Assembly (NCBI RefSeq): GCF_037042905.1 | Contig: NC_087250.1 | Coordinates: 1,984,001-2,048,000, forward strand | DNA: 64,000 bases | Origin: Lytechinus pictus | Taxonomy: Eukaryota | Direction of reading: 5' to 3' | Shown here: piece after piece, positions 44,810 to 59,800 of the stretch | Numbering within the stretch: the first letter of the stretch is position 1 | How the letters are laid out: each line of letters opens with the position of its first letter | Made by a program: the position numbers and the translations under genes | The notes under the pieces: model-generated | Told to the model about the DNA's origin: nothing | Database searches by the model: none | The model's input: the letters and a program-made list of their open reading frames with translations, nothing else

Positions 44810-47800
44810 GTCTGTTATTTTTATCTTATAGTGCCTTAACCATACCAACCTGTATCTGAGAGTGTTGTGTGATCATTTAGAGGACCAGTTTGTGGTGTAG
44901 TACAGTACTACCAGATTGTCTTTGTCAGTCAAGTTGATCTCTACCGTCAGCAGCATTAGCATTTTCCTTCTATCACCCCTCCCTCTCTCTCTCTCTGTCT
45001 GTTATTTTTATCTTATAGTGCCTTAACCATACCAACCTGTATCTGAGAGTGTTGTGTGATCATTTAGAGGACCAGTTTGTGGTGTAGTAGTACTTCCTGA
45101 TTGTCTTTGCCAGTCAAGTTGATCTCTACCGTTGGCAGCATTAACCCACCCACAGAAATCAGACTCAAAATCACAATCCTCTGAAATATAATAAAAAAAT
45201 AAATATCATAATGTTGGCAAGGCACCGTGAAAAGAGTCAGAGCTACATCTTTCAGGCAGGTTTCTACAAATATTAAGTCATCACTAAAATTCAACATGGC
45301 ATAGGAAAGGTGAATGCAGGAAAAGTAACTGTTAAAGAAACAAACTTCACATTGCACATTTATAGCAAGACGTACTGCCAAGGGAAGTTGAACAGAATTT
45401 TGTAAACTTACCCACTAATTAAGTTAAGAGGTACAAATGTTAATCATGCCTTTTTCTAAATAGGCACAACTATTAAGATCATATATTTTCATGGTATGAT
45501 GAATAATGTATAAATCATCTTCACAACAGTCTATTCCATAAACTGCACTATTTTGTTCAAACAAACCTGTTTTTCACATAATTCATGAGCAACATAAAAA
45601 TCCCAAACACAAAGGAAAGCTTGTTCAAGTGGGAGTAAGATCCAATAAACTTTTTTGATTAAGGGATGGACAAGAGGCCATAACAGATATTTGAATTTAA
45701 TAAAAGGATCAACACAAGCTTTCGGCCATAATGTACAAACAAATTTGTGGAATATGTATATATATATATATATATATATAGATATATAAACTTTGTTGGA
45801 ACTATAACGCATTACCTCTTTGTCTCTTTTATCTCATCTGTGTCCAACACACGGAATGTAATATCGTTATATATATTATCTACATATATATATGCAAGAG
45901 GTTGGAGAATGTTACCCCAACATACAATATATGAGCATTATCCACTCCACATAGCAATCATAATTTAATATCGATCCTAGAATAGAATTCAATTTCACAA
46001 TCAAGAAAGTTGTTTCATTCAGAAGGTTCAGCTAGTCCCTCCAACATAAAGCTTATCAATTAATCATGGACTCCCTTGCATTGACACATACATGCAATGT
46101 ATTGTTAAAATGAATATGTGCAATCGATTGCTATTTTTGTGATACTGGCCCCTGAAATGATTTCCCCAGACTGCAAAAGAAACAAAAAGGAAACGTACCA
46201 CAACTTGTTCTTGTCATTGTTATCTCATCAATCGCTATATCTCTCTGGAGACCACTGCCGAGTAATCCATCAAACACCAGATCATATTCTGGTAGACTGA
46301 TTTGAACAGCGCCCTCGTGCCATTTGTTCCCTTGATCATATAGATGATTTGTGAGGAATTCGTACCTGTTATTACCATAGAGGGCCTACAGCAATACACA
46401 TCGAAGATGTACAAAAAAGATTTGATTTTATTGATTTGATTTATTGATTTCCGTTTCACAATTGTACATAATTATAATATAACATAACAAGGTCGAAAAT
46501 ACTGCAAGACATAATAAAATATATATAACATAATCTTAGATTTAAGGAACACAATTCAATAAATAAAGTTACCTAAGATGACATTTGTATTTAAAAGTAA
46601 AATGGAGGGTCTTGCCGAAAAAAGGCAAAGCTTGTACAAAAGGCAAGCCCCTAACTTAGTTTCATTACAAAATTACAACAAAAAAATATTGGGTCGCAAT
46701 GATATATAGAACTTTTGTTTAAAAATAAATACAAACAATTTATGTGTACTTTACAAAAAAAGTAACTGATTGATCGTGTGAGAAATATTTTGTTTTATAA
46801 CATTAGGGAGAGAGGGGGGAGGTGAGGTGGAGAAGAGAGGAGGGACAGAAAAGTGCAGTGTACATTACGTAGAAAGAACGCTATAAGATATAATATGATA
46901 TTATAAGGAAATGAAATATGATAACAATAATTTTTTTTTTTTTTTTATTCCAGAGAAGAAAAAAAACTTTGTCATTATATGTCTGTATATAGCCATATTA
47001 TTTGGTATCCACAAAGTAAAATTCATAAATATTATTCTTATACTTCATACTGTCTAATTTCGAAATATTAAAATAAAAATAAAAATTAATTTTTTTTTTA
47101 CACCAGACTTCTTGTCAGTCCCACATTTTATGCTTGAGTGAACCTCAAACTTCCATCATTGTTTTCTCATTACTCTTGGAAGCTCTCACTGAATAAATTA
47201 CTTGTATGGCTTAGTTGATAACATTTGACAAGTTATTTATCATTTTAAAGCTTGGGATGTTCTTTTTCACGCTCTATTAATTTCTTTAAAAAATCTTTTT
47301 GGGTGATTTGTTAGTTTTGAGTTTGCAGGTCACAAATTGAATCAAGTTTCATGCTCACCCCTAATTCTAAAACATAGACATCATCTCCATACATATGATA
47401 GTTATATCTCCAGCAATGGACCTCATCTGGGTTATTAATGGAGATGTGTGGTGATATTAATCTAGCTCTATTGGATGCGGTTCCCTCCGATCCAATGTAC
47501 AGATAATGCCCTGTGGATGAAACACATAACATTTTATCTCAACTTTAAATTAAGATTTTATCAATAATAACGTGAACATGTGTAATGCGCCGGTATCAGT
47601 CTTAAAAAGATGATAAAGGCACAACAAAGAAAAGAAAAGAAAAGAAGAAGAAAATAAAAATAAAAACTAAAAAGAGGGAACAACAGTAATTACTTGTTCA
47701 GTTCACAGCCCACTTGATACTCAAATCATTTAAATCTGCCTGGAAATAATAACTTGAATAGTTTGCCTCACCATTGATAGATTAGGAATTATCACAACAA

Positions 47801-50800
47801 ACATACAGTAAGGAAACATTTTTCTTCAGATTATGATAAAAACTTTTTTCTTTGATTTTTTAAATTTCCAATGTACTCTGTTTTGTATGACATATGAAGA
47901 ATGGAATAAGTGCAATGAATTTAATTTAATTCAAATCTGGAATAGGGCTCTATAGGTTCCAGGGGAAAAACAGCTGTTGCCAATTTGAAGAATATAAATG
48001 ATTTACCAGCTTGTGTTCCATAAGTTACATCAAATGATGGTCCAGTGTTAGGTGTAGGTGTTGATCCTTGCCAGTAGATCCAATCGATGTCATCATCACT
48101 ACTATCTTGTAAATAACCACATAGGAATGGATCCTCAAAATCACAACCTGGTGTTCCTGGAGAAAAAAAATCAAAACTAGTAAATAAATAATAATAATAG
48201 TTGTTAATATTTCAATAGTGCCATTTCCTCGAGGTACAAGCGATTTGAGTTGCCATCCCAGCTAGACAGCATAGAGTAATTATCTGTCTAATTCCAATAC
48301 ACGCCTGATGGGGATACTACACTGGGTAGGTTGTTCATATTTTGCTAGAACTATCAAGACATGGGGTAAATTATGATAATGATTAACAAAATTTACAAAG
48401 TGTCCTTATCAAACAATTATTAGAGACTCATGGCACTGTAGAAAAATAAATATTAGTGGTCTCCCATCATTCCACTTCCTTATTCTTTGTTTAATACTGC
48501 TTTTCATTAAATTGTAAATCCTTCATTTGTATCTATATGTAATTTATATAACTTTGTATTTTGTTTTAATGGAAATGAAATAAAGAATAGAATTGAATTG
48601 TTATTATGCTAACACTGTTTGTGAAAACTAGAACCTTTTATTGATAGTTTGTTTGTACATACCTGGACAGTACCCGTGAATCATTGAGATGTCATCTAAA
48701 GATATATCACCAGTAAAAGCACTACCAACTCGTCCTTCAAATACAACCTATAGTCAAACAGAATCACAAAGAATTACAAAGCCAACTGATACTATGCTGC
48801 TGTACTTTGGCAAAAGGAAGCAAGTTACATAAGTAACATTTGTTGTTAATGAGCAATGTGTGTTCGTATTCTACACAGGCGTCAATGCAATTTAACAGCA
48901 TTTTTTCTTCAATATCTTTCCATAGAACGATAATTTCTTTCCTAAATTTTGCCTGAACATGCAGCATACAAAGGGTGTTTCAGAAACAACAATAACTCAA
49001 TTTTGACTTGTGTCACTGGCTTCCTTTTGCCAAAGTTTGGCATGATAAGACCTGCCACTATTGGATTTTGGAAATACTATGGATAATAATATTCTGCCTT
49101 CACAGAGGGCTTTTTATACAATATCTGTCAAAATGTTAATCTGAACAGGTGACTGATTGAAACACAAAGACAGTTTCGACCAACTTCAAAAAATTGTTTA
49201 TCAATTTCGTTAACAAGTTTTCACTCGAATATTGTAATTCTTTATTGTTTGTTCAATTACCTAAAGAGGTTGGTGAAACTATGATCCCCTAAGTGACACA
49301 AATGCGACCATTATCCTTGAGGGCTGCACCCCTTAAGAAAATAGTCGCAATCCGGAGTCACTTTTGGAACCATAGTTTCCAACCACCTAATCCGGCGGCT
49401 GTCCATATTTGTTCAATACGTCAGGAGAGCTATATATTTGTGGTTCATGTGGTTTAGTGGTTAGAGCATTGGACTCATGATTTGAAAGGTTTTCAGTTCA
49501 GATCCCAGCTCTGCCATTATCTCCACTTTAACCAAAAAAGGTCCAAGAGTAATTTCTGTTGTCTAGAACGGTCAGCCACTATGACTAATTAACCTAGGTG
49601 TAAATATGTTTCATATGTAATTGGTTATATTTACCAGCTTGGCGTTGATGCAGCAGAAAGCTGCTTTGCCGAGTTCCTATGAGAGTTACCTCAACATAAT
49701 ATTTTTTGGGGGTTAAAATTTTGTCAAATTTCTGCTTGTCTAACTTAGAAACAGCTTTATGAAATGTAGGAGTTAGAATTACACTTTATCCTTTATACCA
49801 AACAATTGTATAATATTCTTTTAACAAAACTCTGGCTAATTACCTGGTAAGGCACAGCTTCAGCAACACTTATCTGTGCTTCAATCCATTGATCTGCTCT
49901 ATCACCTTGTGTTGTCCATACTAGATCACCAACATAGCTATCATTTGCATCATTCCTTCTTAAATAGATATTTAAAGTTTCTAGTGAGGCACCAAACATA
50001 TGGTACCATAGAATGAGGCATTGTTGTGATGTAACGGGTTGGAGCGGGGTGAGAATACGGGCAATGTCACCAGTTGACTGGGAGGACGTATCAATGTAAA
50101 TGTACCAGCCTATGAGAGAAAGATACAAAACAATATGAGAAAGAAACAGGTGTATTAAATGCATCTTTTGATTAGAGTCCAGTAACCACATCTCTCAACA
50201 AAATCTAAGTGAACATTTCAAAAACATTTCAAACTTTACAAAAAAATTATTCTTGTAATTTCAGTAAATCATTAAACACTATGAAATTGGCAATGGGATG
50301 AAAATAGTAAAATCACTGTTTGAAAATGAAAACCTGATGTTTATTTTTTATATTTGGTATATTCACTGCAAGTCATTAAAATGTGGATATGTAATTTAAA
50401 TCACTAAAAGTTTTATTCCTCCCTGAACATGTGGTATTACCATTGTTTTAACATTTTATGGTTCAGTCAAGTTCATCATTATTGTCAATTCTGTAAAAAT
50501 TGAACAATTTTTCAATTCAAACAATAAAAAAAACAAAAGAAATAGTGAGTGACATCATCGACTCATTCTTTACAACTTGATTTCTTTACACCTACATGTA
50601 TCTTTGGCTCTCTTCCAATGTAGTCTGTGACTTTCTGTATATGTCCAATCTCCTTAAATTGCTAATTTCATAATCATTTTAAAGGAACCTGCAGACCTTA
50701 CAAGCTCTGCTTTTTATGCAGGTTCCTTCATATTTCACTTTCATTTACTGTCACAATCTTCTGTATTCTATGTTATAATCAAATGTATTTCTTGTATTGT

Positions 50801-53800
50801 GTTGATGTTATTTATTCTTTGAAGTATGAGAATAAAATTCATATCAAAGTAGTGATAAAAGGATTGAATGTCTCACCTGTACCATCTCCCAGCGTATGAT
50901 CAATCTTAGGATACTTATCATCAGGTTGAGATGTGCCTTGTATTCTTCTCCAATCAAAATCTTCACTGTCATCTTGGGAATAGTCACACCAATCATCTTC
51001 AAAATCACAGTTGACAGGACTAGTGTCTGGAAAATTGGAACATAACATAAAACTTAAAAACTGATTGTCAGTATTACATTGTCATCAATGAAGATTAAAG
51101 GAATGGTGTACGAGGTGATGGAGATGCTGTATGGAAGACGAACATGGTATCTGAGCTAAATTGAAATGGAAAATTGAGGACAGAGAGAGAGAGTGTGTGA
51201 AGTTGATGGATAGGAAGAAGAGTAATGAATAGATGCAGTTGTTGGGTTTGGAAGCAGTGAACCTGTTGGCAAAGGTGAATGGGATACGGTGGTATGGGCA
51301 CGTGCTGAGAAGAGCATGTTTTAAGAAGGGCTTTTAAGTTTGAGGTGGGTTGTTTGAAAAAGAGGGGACGGCCGAAGAAGACATGGAAGTTGCAAGAGGG
51401 AGGAGGGTAGGAGGGTTGAGTCGAGGATGGAAGACGCCCTGAATGAGGCAAAGTGGAGAGAGAGTAAGGGCCATTGTGAGGTGAATCCAGCTGCCCTCAT
51501 TTACAGGAAGAAACAGGATTTAAAACTTTTGGTAATGATGGTAATGATCAATGCAATGTATCTTCAAATTTGTTCTATGTACATTGATAAGTTTTTTTTG
51601 TTACAGGACTAAGGTTGGTGCTTTGTAATATTATTTCTAAGTTGTGTGAGACATTTTGTGAGACTGGAACATGTCCCTTTGTGCTGATCATTTACATAGA
51701 AATGTATCATTTAGCATTAAACACATCACAAGCCATCTAATGTCATGTTAACTTTACAAACAGCATTATGAAAGAGCCCTCAGAATGTGTAAATGGCATA
51801 ACACATATTACAACAATTATGAAAAATTCAAAGTCAAGGGTAAAGTCTTCATATTCAATTGCTTTAACTTCACTTGCTAACATAATAATACATATCCTGT
51901 GAATATGTCTATATCTTAAAACCATAAAAATATATTTGACCTAAGCAAAATTTGATTTAGAAGATGTAAATAACACATATTTTGCAGCATCTGATCTGAG
52001 AATTACTTCCATTCAGGCAAATATTTGACTTCAAGAAGGTCAATTTATGCAAATAACTCACATTATTTTGTTGCTGTTTAGGCCAATGAACATACAATAA
52101 TCCTTGGTAAATCACAAACATTTTATAGTTAATAAAAACAACCTGCATTTTACACTAGATAAAAATACAATTGAGGCATATACTCTCACCATTGCAGGTC
52201 TGATCAGGCAAGAAGAATGCATCATCAATAGCAATATCACCGGTAGAACCCGTCCCAACGACGCCCTCGAAGATAATACTAAATGCAGTAACCTGGTTCA
52301 GGTTGATTTGACCTTTGACCCATTGGTTGCCTTGGTTACCTGTCATGTTCCACTCCAATCCTCTGATTTCACTAACCAGATCTTCAGCATATACATTCAG
52401 CTCTCCTATATCTGAATATTTCAAAAGGAAAATCAATACTTTTTTTTTCATTTTAAACGAAGCCAATCACAGTACAGCCAGCAACAGTACATAGTGAATC
52501 TAGTCTAACTATTTCAGACTTTGCATTATGCACTATGCAAATTGCAAAAAACTAGGGTCTGTGCCCGCAGACTATTGAACTAATGCTCACTTCTGATTGG
52601 TTGGAAATGAAGTAATGTTTCAGTTATGTTTGATTGCAATTTTTCTTGCAAAGGACTCCTTGAGATCTTATTCTTGCCTGCACTCAATGTCCACTCCAGG
52701 GCGATTGTTGAAATGAGAATTAGATTTACTTACGTTCACCATACATGTGATAGCAGAATTGAAAGCAGCCACCCTGGGGAGGAGGTTGTGACTCACTGAC
52801 AGACCATGCCTCACAGCCAATGCTTTACTGGTGCAATGCATGCACAACCTCCCCTCCAGGGAGATACAGTGCCGGCCGCAGGAAACGTCACGCCCGAGCA
52901 CGCAAACACCCTAGGGGGCTTTTGCGTCTAACCGAGGGTATTCAAGGGGAGCCCCCTAGGGTGTTTAGCCGCGCCCGCAGTTTCCTGCGTGCTATATAAT
53001 ATTCGCCGCGCCCGCACTTATCCTCGGGTACCCTAGGGTACGTACATTGCATTATGTTTACGTGTGCATATACTTTGGTTATGTTGTGATAGACCATTAT
53101 ATTTTTAAACTAGCGTGATCAGAATCTATTCTAGATTTTTTTTTTTTTAGATGTTGTTTGTTTTGTTTTCTTTCATTTTTTTCATTTCTGTTTTCCCTTT
53201 TAATTCTTTTCCCTTTAATATTCCCTCTTTCCTTTCTTCCTTCCTTCATGTTTTCTTCTGTCTTTGTTTCTTTCAAATAATGAAGGAATTCTTTTTCTTT
53301 CTTTCTTTCTTTCTCTTTTCCTCCATTTTTCTTACTTTTCTCTTTTCTCTCCTTATGTTTTTTCTTTCACACATTTATTCATCTTCCCTTCCTTTATTTT
53401 AATTCTTTCTTTCTTTATTCATTTCAAGTAATGACGGAAACTGTTATCTGTCTTTTATTCTTTCTTTCATCCTTTTATTCAAACTTTTTTCCTTTTAATT
53501 TTTCCTTATTTTTTTCTTTCCTCTCAATTCATTTCTTGTTTCCTCAATTTTTTTTCTCTTTTGTTTCTTCCGCTCACCCTCCCTCCCCCTTTCTTAATAT
53601 ATTTTGTTAACAAGTCTAACATTGTGTAGCCTTTTTGTTGATTTTTTGGCCTGGCTCGGTCGATCCGATGGTACATAGTGCTTTGTCGATTGTCCCGTAT
53701 TTAATTTTGTGAAATCTGGTAACCCTTGCTGGAACATCGAATTTATTGTTTTTCATTTACCGCAATGAATCTAATCAATTAATCTAATTTGATGCATTAG

Positions 53801-56800
53801 GTAAACTTTTTTTCCTTACGCCTTACGTGGGAGGCATACATGTATCATACAAACTTGTTTAAAAATATAGGACACAATTGTGATTTAATGTCATGGAGAT
53901 CAATTCTTTATCTTTTGTGATAAGTTTTTTTTCTCTCTCTCCATACGTACCCATTCCTCTCCCTTCAGCGTGAACTTTACACCTAATCCCATCTCCTTAT
54001 TACGAACAGTGTAAGAACTAGAAAACATTTGAAACATTCTTCCTTGAGTTTTAACGGGGTGCACAGGGTGGAATCAGGAAAGAAGAAAGAAAGGCATATC
54101 AACAACAAAAAATAGTTAAAATAGACAAAAGACATTAATAAGCAGACTTGATTTTTTTTTTGTAAATCAAAATTGACAAGTTATTAACAGAGTGAATGTT
54201 AACAAACATTAATGACAAACTTAAAATAAAACAGAATTATGAATATCAAGGGCATTTGCGAATTATCATTATGTTAAAACAAACGTGCGGTCAATATTGG
54301 GATCGTCAATTCGTTGACATGGTTGATAAAACCCTAATAAAGGGAATGAAAGGTACGTGAAAACGAATACTAGTATAACCAAGATCTTACAAAGTAGACG
54401 TGCAAAAAGCGAACACCAGCAAAACTGGTTGTGCTCATCGATTTGTTATTTGGTTCTTTTGTTATTGTCAACAGTCTGGTAGAGTCTTGCTCCCCGCCCA
54501 CACCTTTGATCTCCTTTGATCACATCCGCTTCCCAATTTATGACAGGATGTTCATAGAAATGGGGGGGGGGGTTAATTTGTTGATGCGTTAACAACAATA
54601 AATGAGGATGTTCTGTTCATTTCGGTTCAAATCGGGTCTCTAAAACCCTCACCCTATAAAAAGTATAAATTTACCTAAATGTAACAGATGGAACAGATTT
54701 ATCTTTTTGCTAAAACATCTGATTACATTACCTGCACTCTATTGCGGTTTTTAAGTTACATTGGTAGATATTCGAATTGGGAAGAGATGAAAGTGGTGGA
54801 AATAATAAATGAGAAGAAGGAAGAAATATACTTTGTTATATGAATTGGAAATGATAAAACCAAGTCACAACTTGGTATAATACAGAATTCAGTGTTATAT
54901 GGCAGCTAAAAATAATAATACATGACATTTGTAAAGCGCACTTTCCATCTTGATTGGATGCTCAATGCGCTTCAGAGCTGCAAAGCAACAAAAGCTATTT
55001 ACATAATGTAACTATTTCAAAAAATTCTAGCGCATTTAGCTTCAATGTTTAAACACATACCCTAGTAAAAGTATGTTTTCGAAAGCTACTATGACGTAGT
55101 GTGTGGAATGGGTACTTAACAAGTTAATTATCACTTTCCGACAAAGCAAGAATGGAGCAGCTATACAGACCATTCTATTCTTTTGTTAAGAGTTTTGGTG
55201 GGTGCTCACGCAAACGCTAACTATCAAACCTAACAATTCTTTTGGGGGAACAAAGGAGTCAGTCAAGCCAAGTTAAAGAATGAAAGCCCCGTCCCGGTTC
55301 ACCTTTATATAGTCGAAAATCCTTTTAATCATCACGCGTGAGCATTACTGAGTAAAACAAGTTTCATAACTAAGTACTGCAGAACTATATGGTATACATA
55401 TTACCATGAAACAATAAGCCCCCTCTATTTTCTCTTTCTCCCCTTTCCCCTTCGTTTCTTCGCTCCCTTCTGCTTCTCTCACTTTTTCTATTTCCTTCTC
55501 ATTTTCCCTCCATCCCTTCCTATTTGCCTTTTCTTTCATTTGTCTTTCTTCTTTCTTGAAGGAGCGGATGTAAATTCGGGACAAGTTTTTAATTGATGCA
55601 ACGAGAGCAGGAAATTGTGAGCATGGTGAGAGAAAATAATTACAAGATTGAGCGCAAGAATGTTCAATACTTGTCATCAGCGTAAAAATGGGCAGATGCG
55701 AGTTACTAACGTATTTTCTGACATGAAAATCTGGACAAATTCCCAAATTTTTCTTCCCACTTTCTCTCTTTTTCTCTACTTTTTCTTAAGTCCCACTTCT
55801 ATTGTCCCCTGTACTTCTTACCTTTTCCTGCGCCCTTTCTTCTCTTCCCCTTTTCGCTTTTTTACTCCATTTTATTATGTCTCCCTTCTTCATTTTATTT
55901 AATTTCCCCCTCCTTATCATTCTCTCTTTCTCATTCTGTCCTTCCTTTTCTTCCTTTGTCTCTTCTTCTTCCCTTCGATTTTCAATCTATTTTCCTTTTC
56001 TCCTTTTCCCTCTTTTCTTTCTGCCTCACCTTCCCTTTTTTATCCCCTCTGTTTTCTTCTCCATTTCACCTTTTCCTTATTTCTTTTCTTTACCCCCTCT
56101 CCCTCTTTCTCCTCTTCGCCCCCCCCCCCTATTTTCTCTTTCTGCACTTTCCCCTTCTCTCACTTTTTCTTTTTCCTTCTCGTCTTCAATCCATCCCTTC
56201 ATTTTCGCCTTTTCTTTCATTTTTGCTTTCTTCTTCTCCCTTTTATCTGCATCTCGTAGATCCGCGCCTGAAAGGCATGTCAGGGTAAATAAAAAAGGAT
56301 GACCATGTAGGGAAAGAATAGAGTAGATGGTTCTAGGACGACCTCTGGAATGTAGGGTCAACATCGACAAATACCTGCTCCTTTGTCAGAAACTCATTTA
56401 CGATCACGACTAACCATGTCAGTGAATGAAATAACGGACACCACGGGAGAATATTCATATACATGTATAGGAAAGGAACCCAAAACTTTGTAATTTTCAT
56501 AACAGATTTTATCCACGATAAATTATCGAAAACTTATGCTTGATATGAGATAAAAATCACATGCAGTCTTGAACGAATGTGTCAAATCAGACCTCCTCTT
56601 TCGACCAAGAATGCCCGGCCGAACATACTAGGGAAACACCCTAGGATAGACGCGGGCACTATCCTCGGGCGCTCCCCTAGGGCACTCATGTCCTAGGGGA
56701 GCGGACGCGGGCGTCTTCCCTCGTCCGCTCCCCTCAAATGTCCGCTACGGGCTACCGCGTTCGCCCTAGGGGGCACTGTGACGTTTCCCGCGGCCGGCAC

Positions 56801-59800
56801 TGTACAAAGTGAAAAACAGATTTACTTACGTTCACCATACATGTGATACCAGAATTGAAAACAGCCACCCTGGGTAGGAGGTTGTGGTTCACTGACAAAC
56901 CATGCTCTACGACCCTCAGCCTCGAAGCCTACAGGGAACAGCATGTACCATCCTATATACACACAAAGAATGAAACAGACAAAGAACAATATAAATCATA
57001 TCAATTAAGACATATGACAAACAATTTTTGTTGAGGGCGTTGCATGGTTCAAAGTCTTATTCGCCATAAGGCCAAGGTTTTAATACCACAGCAGCACTTG
57101 CAAATCATGTTGCCAACACAAAATTTGGATATCAGTAAAAATTTATGTTATTTATGCGTTTTCTTAGCTAATTAATCTCGTTAAATCTACCAATTTTATT
57201 TTAATAATTTAGTCATGCTAATTTATGCATGTATTTAGAATTGGGTGTTAACCTGTAGCCCCTGAAGTAAATGCTTCTATCTAGAGACCCTTTTATGGAA
57301 TTTCTATCAAATATACATTAAACATAATTGTTGGAATTAAAATTTGCCACATTGCCTAATTCACCTTTAATAAAGACGAAAATACAATTACAACAACGTG
57401 ATTGAATCAATATACCTTGGTATCTTCCGGTGGTATGGTCCACATCTGGTCCTGTGTTACTGGTATCAGTACCTCCTTGGTTTCTATACCAATTCAAATC
57501 ATCACCACCGTACACATTATCCCATAGACACGTATCATCTTCAAAGTCACAGAAACCTTCAGGGAAAAAAGAAAAGAAAAAAAATATACACATAAACTAA
57601 ACATACCATCCCCTCAGTGGTTTCCTAATTCTAAATAAAACTTTATTTATTCAAAAATAAAATACTGGTTTCATTTATTTGTTTTGTTTCGTTTATATAT
57701 CATGAATTTTTTCTCTCTGCATGTTTGTTCACAATACATGTATATGATTGCAGTCAATATCTAAAGGGGAGTTCTTGCGATGGGATAAAAAAAATCCTTC
57801 AAAATTTTATACACATTTAGATGTATCAACTCTACTTCACTACTGTTTCTTTAAATATCATACATAGTATATGCCTGAAAACTTTTGAGATTCTGGACTA
57901 TAAGATTCATATTGGGCATAATATGCCTATGTTCAAACTCAACTATCTTTCAATGTGAATGTGAACAGTATTGGTTTCCCTAAAATAACATCATTAATTC
58001 CTTACATTGGCAATGCTAGGAACATCACCGTTAACAAATGCATACTGGCCCATGTTAAGTGTTTAACTCCAAAAATGCTCCCTAACCAATGTTTATTTGT
58101 ATCTGATACATGAGTCATAAACTGTAAAATGAAAAATGCCGCCAAGAAACTAAAACTGGAGCAAATAAAACAACAAATGCTAAGTTAAGACTGTGTTTTT
58201 CAGAATGTTAAAAAAGTGTTAAAAATATTTGCTGGGAAGCATTTCATGACAATAAATATTCAATAATCTTCACTCACTGATTATTATAGGCAACTGAAAG
58301 CCTAGCATCTGATTGGATAAGGGCGCAATAGTCAGTGAAAACCATTGACTAAATGCTCCCACTTTGACCTACCTTGTGCCACGCATGGCCCTATTTCTAG
58401 ATTGATATCATCAATTGCAATTTCTCCATCTTCACCATCTAAAGTGGGTCCAATCACAGCCTCAAAAGCAACCTGAAAATCAGAAGAAAATCAGAAATTT
58501 ATGATTTTATTAACAAATAAAATATACTGTTGGCAATCTCACCTTCAATTACAAAGGTCAATCAAGCAGCTGTCACTTTGGTACATTGATCAAACAATTG
58601 ATGATTTTATCACTTATTATTGATCAATGCAACAATCATTATTAACTAATGTAATTCTTCTGGCAGTTTCATCTGCATTACAAAATTCCATGAACACAAG
58701 ATTGTTCACTTAGTAACATTGATCAAGTATTATTAATTTTTTTCTTTCTCATTTACTCTTTGAATATGTAATTTGATCATCCAAGACCAACCAGGGTGAA
58801 ACAAAATCGGAATTCATTACAATGTCAAGATTGCTCATCTCTTATACTGAAAGGAGCAGACTTTCATGTCACTCTCTCACCACTTGAGTTCAAACTGATG
58901 AAAGTCATATTATTATTATTATCATACCAGGACCATCTAGCTGCTGAAGAGCATTATTTTTCAAGGGACAAGATTACTCAACTTTTACCAAGAGAGTAGA
59001 ACAAGCCTTCAGTGTCATTGGATGATTTCAAGTTTTGTGTTGGCGTTGGTACAATGTTAGTGTTGGTTTTAGGAGTAAAAGTTGGATTGTGTTTTCAATT
59101 AACACCCCTTGTGAGTAAATAAAAATGATCAAACTCCCATCACTGATAGTTCTATGCATTTTGAGATATGTTTCATGACCAGTGACATATTAAGTTTGGT
59201 GCTATGCTGCATAAAAAGTGTCTTGAAACCAAAAGGTCAACATAAAACAACACACCCTCTACTAATGCACTCCACATCATCGGCCTGGGATCATCCTGGA
59301 ACTGCTGAAGAGGATTATTTGTCAAGGTACAAGATTACTTGATTCTTACCTTGAATGTTGAAGTAGCCTTCAGTGTGACCCTATCCATCATCCAATCATT
59401 GAAGAGTCCACCAGGTTGTGTCTCCCAGTACGGTCCTATCAAGGTATTACCATCATGTTCCTAAACCTTCAGAGTTCTCAATCCTTTATGGTGATACCAG
59501 AAAGTCTTACCTTGAAAGAAGAAGTAGCCTTCAGTGTGACCCTATCAATCATCCAATCATTGAAGAGTCCACCAGGTTGTGTCTCCCAGTACGGTCCTAT
59601 CAAGGTATTACCAACACGCTCCCAGACCCTCAGAGTACTCAATCCTTTATGGTGATACCAGAAAGTCTTACCTTGAAAGAAGAAGTAGCCTTCAGTGTGA
59701 CCCTATCCATCATCCAATCATTGAAGAGTCCACCAGGTTGTGTCTCCCAGTACGGTCCTATCAAGGTATTACCAACACGCTCCCAGACCCTGAGAGTACT

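Noticed and set aside
55345-56370. Phe/Ser/Leu-rich and Lys/Glu-rich ORFs
   Set aside because: Translations of low-complexity polypyrimidine tracts inside the non-autonomous transposon (also 53151-53402).
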